Shown: in pieces, positions 61,353 to 64,000 of the stretch
Numbering within the stretch: position 1 is the first letter of the stretch
How the letters are laid out: each line of letters begins with the position of its first letter
From: Nymphaea colorata
Lineage: Eukaryota
Assembly: GCF_008831285.2 (NCBI RefSeq)
Contig: NC_045138.2
Location: 3,906,001 to 3,970,000, forward strand
Length of the DNA: 64,000 nucleotides
Direction of reading: 5' to 3'
Notes under the pieces: model-generated
Databases searched by the model: none
Seen by the model: only the letters and a program-made list of their open reading frames with translations
What the model was told of the DNA's origin: nothing
Translations under genes and position numbers: made by a program

Positions 61353-63525
61353 ATGACATCCGATCGGATTCGAATTCCTGCGGCCTCATCTTTCCCTCAA
61401 TATGGTGACATTCTTCCTGTCTCATGCTGAGCTATGTTGACTTGCCAGCGTCTTTGAAGAGTTGTTTTGTATATTGTTGCATTTATCCAAAGGATTATGA
61501 GATAGAAAGGACTTATTGGCCATGCAATGGGTGGCGCATGGATTGATTGAGGAAAAGAAAGGCATGGATGTGGAAGTGACAGCAAACCAATGTATTGATG
61601 ATTTGATAAATAGGTGCATGACTGAAGAAACTGAAGAAGGGGATGTAAAACTGCATGACACTTTGCATGACCTTGCCTCATATATAGGTAGAAAGGAATA
61701 TAGCCATGCCTCTCCTACTGAGCACACCAGCCATCTGTCATTGCTTGATGTAGATGATGCAGAACGTCCATGCATAATGTTTCATTAGTAGCAAATAAGT
61801 TGCGCACATTGTTCTGTGCATTCTTGCCGTCGGAACAATTCACCAACATCAAGTGGTTGAGGGTGTTGTCATTGGAGGAATGTGAAATGGATGAGCTGCC
61901 AAATTCCATTGAATGTGTTTCACTACTAAAGTATCTCAATCTAAGCTATTCAGATGTGAAACGGTTGCCCAGTTCAATCGACAGACTTTGGAACTTGCAA
62001 ACGTTGGATTTAAGTTATAGTAAAATTGAAGAGGTGCCCGAGGAAATAGGTAAACTATGCAACTTGAGGTATCTGGGCTGGAAGGTACAGAGGAATTGAA
62101 AATTGTAGCCGAAGGCTTGGGGAAGCTTACCAATTTGCAGACCTTAAAAAGGTTTCTTTTATGCAATGACAAAGAGGATAGAAGAGGATGTAATATAAGG
62201 TACTAAAAGACTTGAACAACCTAACGGGAAAATTGCTCCATAGAAGGTTTGGGGGCTGCTAGAAAGGAAGTCAATTTAGGAGAAGCCCAATGCTTAAGGA
62301 GAAGCATCTTCTAACTGGTTTGAAATTTGACTTTGAGGAACAACATGATGACAAAGTTGCTGATGCTTCTGAACAGAGTTGTATACTGGAGGCTTTGGAA
62401 CCTCCACATTGCCTCAAGAACTTGAAGATACGTCATTATAAAGGAGAGATGCCAAGTTGGTATTTGAAGACCGACTACACCAAGCTGCGGATATTGAAGC
62501 TAGAAAATGCCCTTTATCGGAAAAACTAATAAGCATTACTTCATTGGAAAAACTAGAGCTCAATAAATGCCCAGCAGTGTGTGAAATAGCGAGCATGCCT
62601 TCTCTCAAATCCTTGAAGATTGGGAGCTGTGATGGACTCAACACAATTGGTCATGACATGCCTGCCTTGAGTCATTGGAGGTGGACGGATGTGGTAGACT
62701 AGAGCAAGTAGCTGATGATCACATGCCAGCTTTGAAGATGTTGAATTGACTAATCTGAAGGCTGTGAAGCAGCTTCCTACTCATCTTCCTTCACTTGAGG
62801 TACTGACAGTACAGGATTTGCCCAATTGGGAGGGATGGCCAGCAATTGGATCGAGGGAAACAACAATTTCTATGCCACGCTTAAGAGAGGCGGGTCTTGA
62901 AAATTGTCCAAAGATGCAAACACAAGGCTTGCTTTATGCTCTATCCGAGCAGGAGCATGACTATGAGCCTCGGCTCCAAGAATTAAGAGTGTGGGATTGC
63001 CCAAGTGCAAGATTGGGATGGAAATTGCTCAAGCAATTGCCTAACCTCACTGACTTGAGATTGGATAGGGAAGCTTTGGAATCTACACTGCCATCGCCAT
63101 TGCCATCAGAAGTATCAACGTTTCTACCCTCCCTTGAGCATCTAACTTTGACAGACGCGAATGTTGATAAGCTAAAATGGGGAAGGGTGCCTGAGTGGGT
63201 GTGGGGTCTCTCCCAACTAGATTCATTAGGCCTGCAAGGTTTCACTGAGGAGATCAGCTTGGGAGGCCACTGGCAGTGTCTACAAGAACTGGTGCGTCTG
63301 GAGCTTTATGACTTTCCAATCTCAAGTCCCTGGTGGACATCAATAATACTACTTCCCTACAAATGATGCAGTAGCCACAACAAGTCCCACGGATGCAAAG
63401 GAACAGCTTGCTTGCCTCTTGAATCTTGAAGACCTAGTTGTTTCCTGCTGCCCCGCAGTCGATCTGCCGCAAGAATTAAGGACTCTCTTGAGGACAGGTT
63501 ACACATAGAAACAGAAAGGGCTTGA
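61353..63525 (+). pseudogene. Second, frameshift-riddled copy of the truncated NLR (probably an unpolished duplicate of 1653-3839)
   Basis: 61205 to about 63903 is the reverse complement of 3987-1275, with about a dozen 1-bp indels and very few substitutions. Confidence 0.85.
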
Positions 63526-63894
63526 GGTGCTGTTGTATCATTTTGAGGTGCTGTTATATCACGTTCCTGAAATTTTTTAGTTCATTTTAATTGTCTGAAA
63601 TGTGTGTGGTGTTTAAAATTGAAGACAGGTTGTAACTATTGTTTAGTTAAATATGAATTTTCGCATTTCATCTGCTCTTTTCTCTCTCTCCCTTGTTCGA
63701 TTTGGATCTTACAAATTTCTTATGTTATGTTTTCCGTGTCCAAAAGTAGAGAAAATGCGTAAAAATCAATAGATTGCAACTGTTGTCAGCAAATGTGTCT
63801 GAAGTTGGAGAGTGTGCTTCTTTGTTTTTTTCTCAGCAATCCTTAATGATGGATTGGTTAGATGGCTGGATGAGTCCCACAACCGAGAATTACC

Positions 63895-63895
63895 A

Positions 63896-63956
<61 letters not shown>
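63895..63956. repeat. (TC)n(TG)n microsatellite
   Basis: Visible repeats. Confidence 0.95.
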
Positions 63957-63958
<2 letters not shown>

Positions 63959-64000
63959 CCAAGTCTGTTGGATCCATATTTAAACCTGGAAGGTAACTAG

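Overview
Plant nuclear DNA (AT-rich, spliced gene, TE-dense) from a draft scaffold with two 100-N gaps (1175-1274, 61105-61204). The one clearly intact host gene is a six-exon laccase (14547-18835, +, 588 aa). An N-terminally truncated NLR resistance-gene ORF (ARC2/WHD+LRR, 1653-3839, -) takes its only upstream ATG from a broken MITE. A near-identical inverted copy full of 1-bp indels follows the second gap, which most likely reflects a mis-oriented contig with an unmerged overlap. The rest is mobile DNA: a full-length but decayed chromovirus Ty3/gypsy element with about 3.2-kb LTRs (29982-41673), an Ogre/Tat element cut by the gap (49504-61104) plus three related LTR fragments, two hAT transposase relics, MITEs and SINEs. 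A segmental duplication of the laccase upstream region leaves an orphan promoter. I found no demonstrably new biological system. The best candidates are a roughly 100-nt fold-back motif repeated four times in the Ogre LTR leader, the MITE-initiated NLR fragment, the giant-LTR Reina-like element and a newly formed hairpin upstream of the NLR. All alignments and counts were done by eye.
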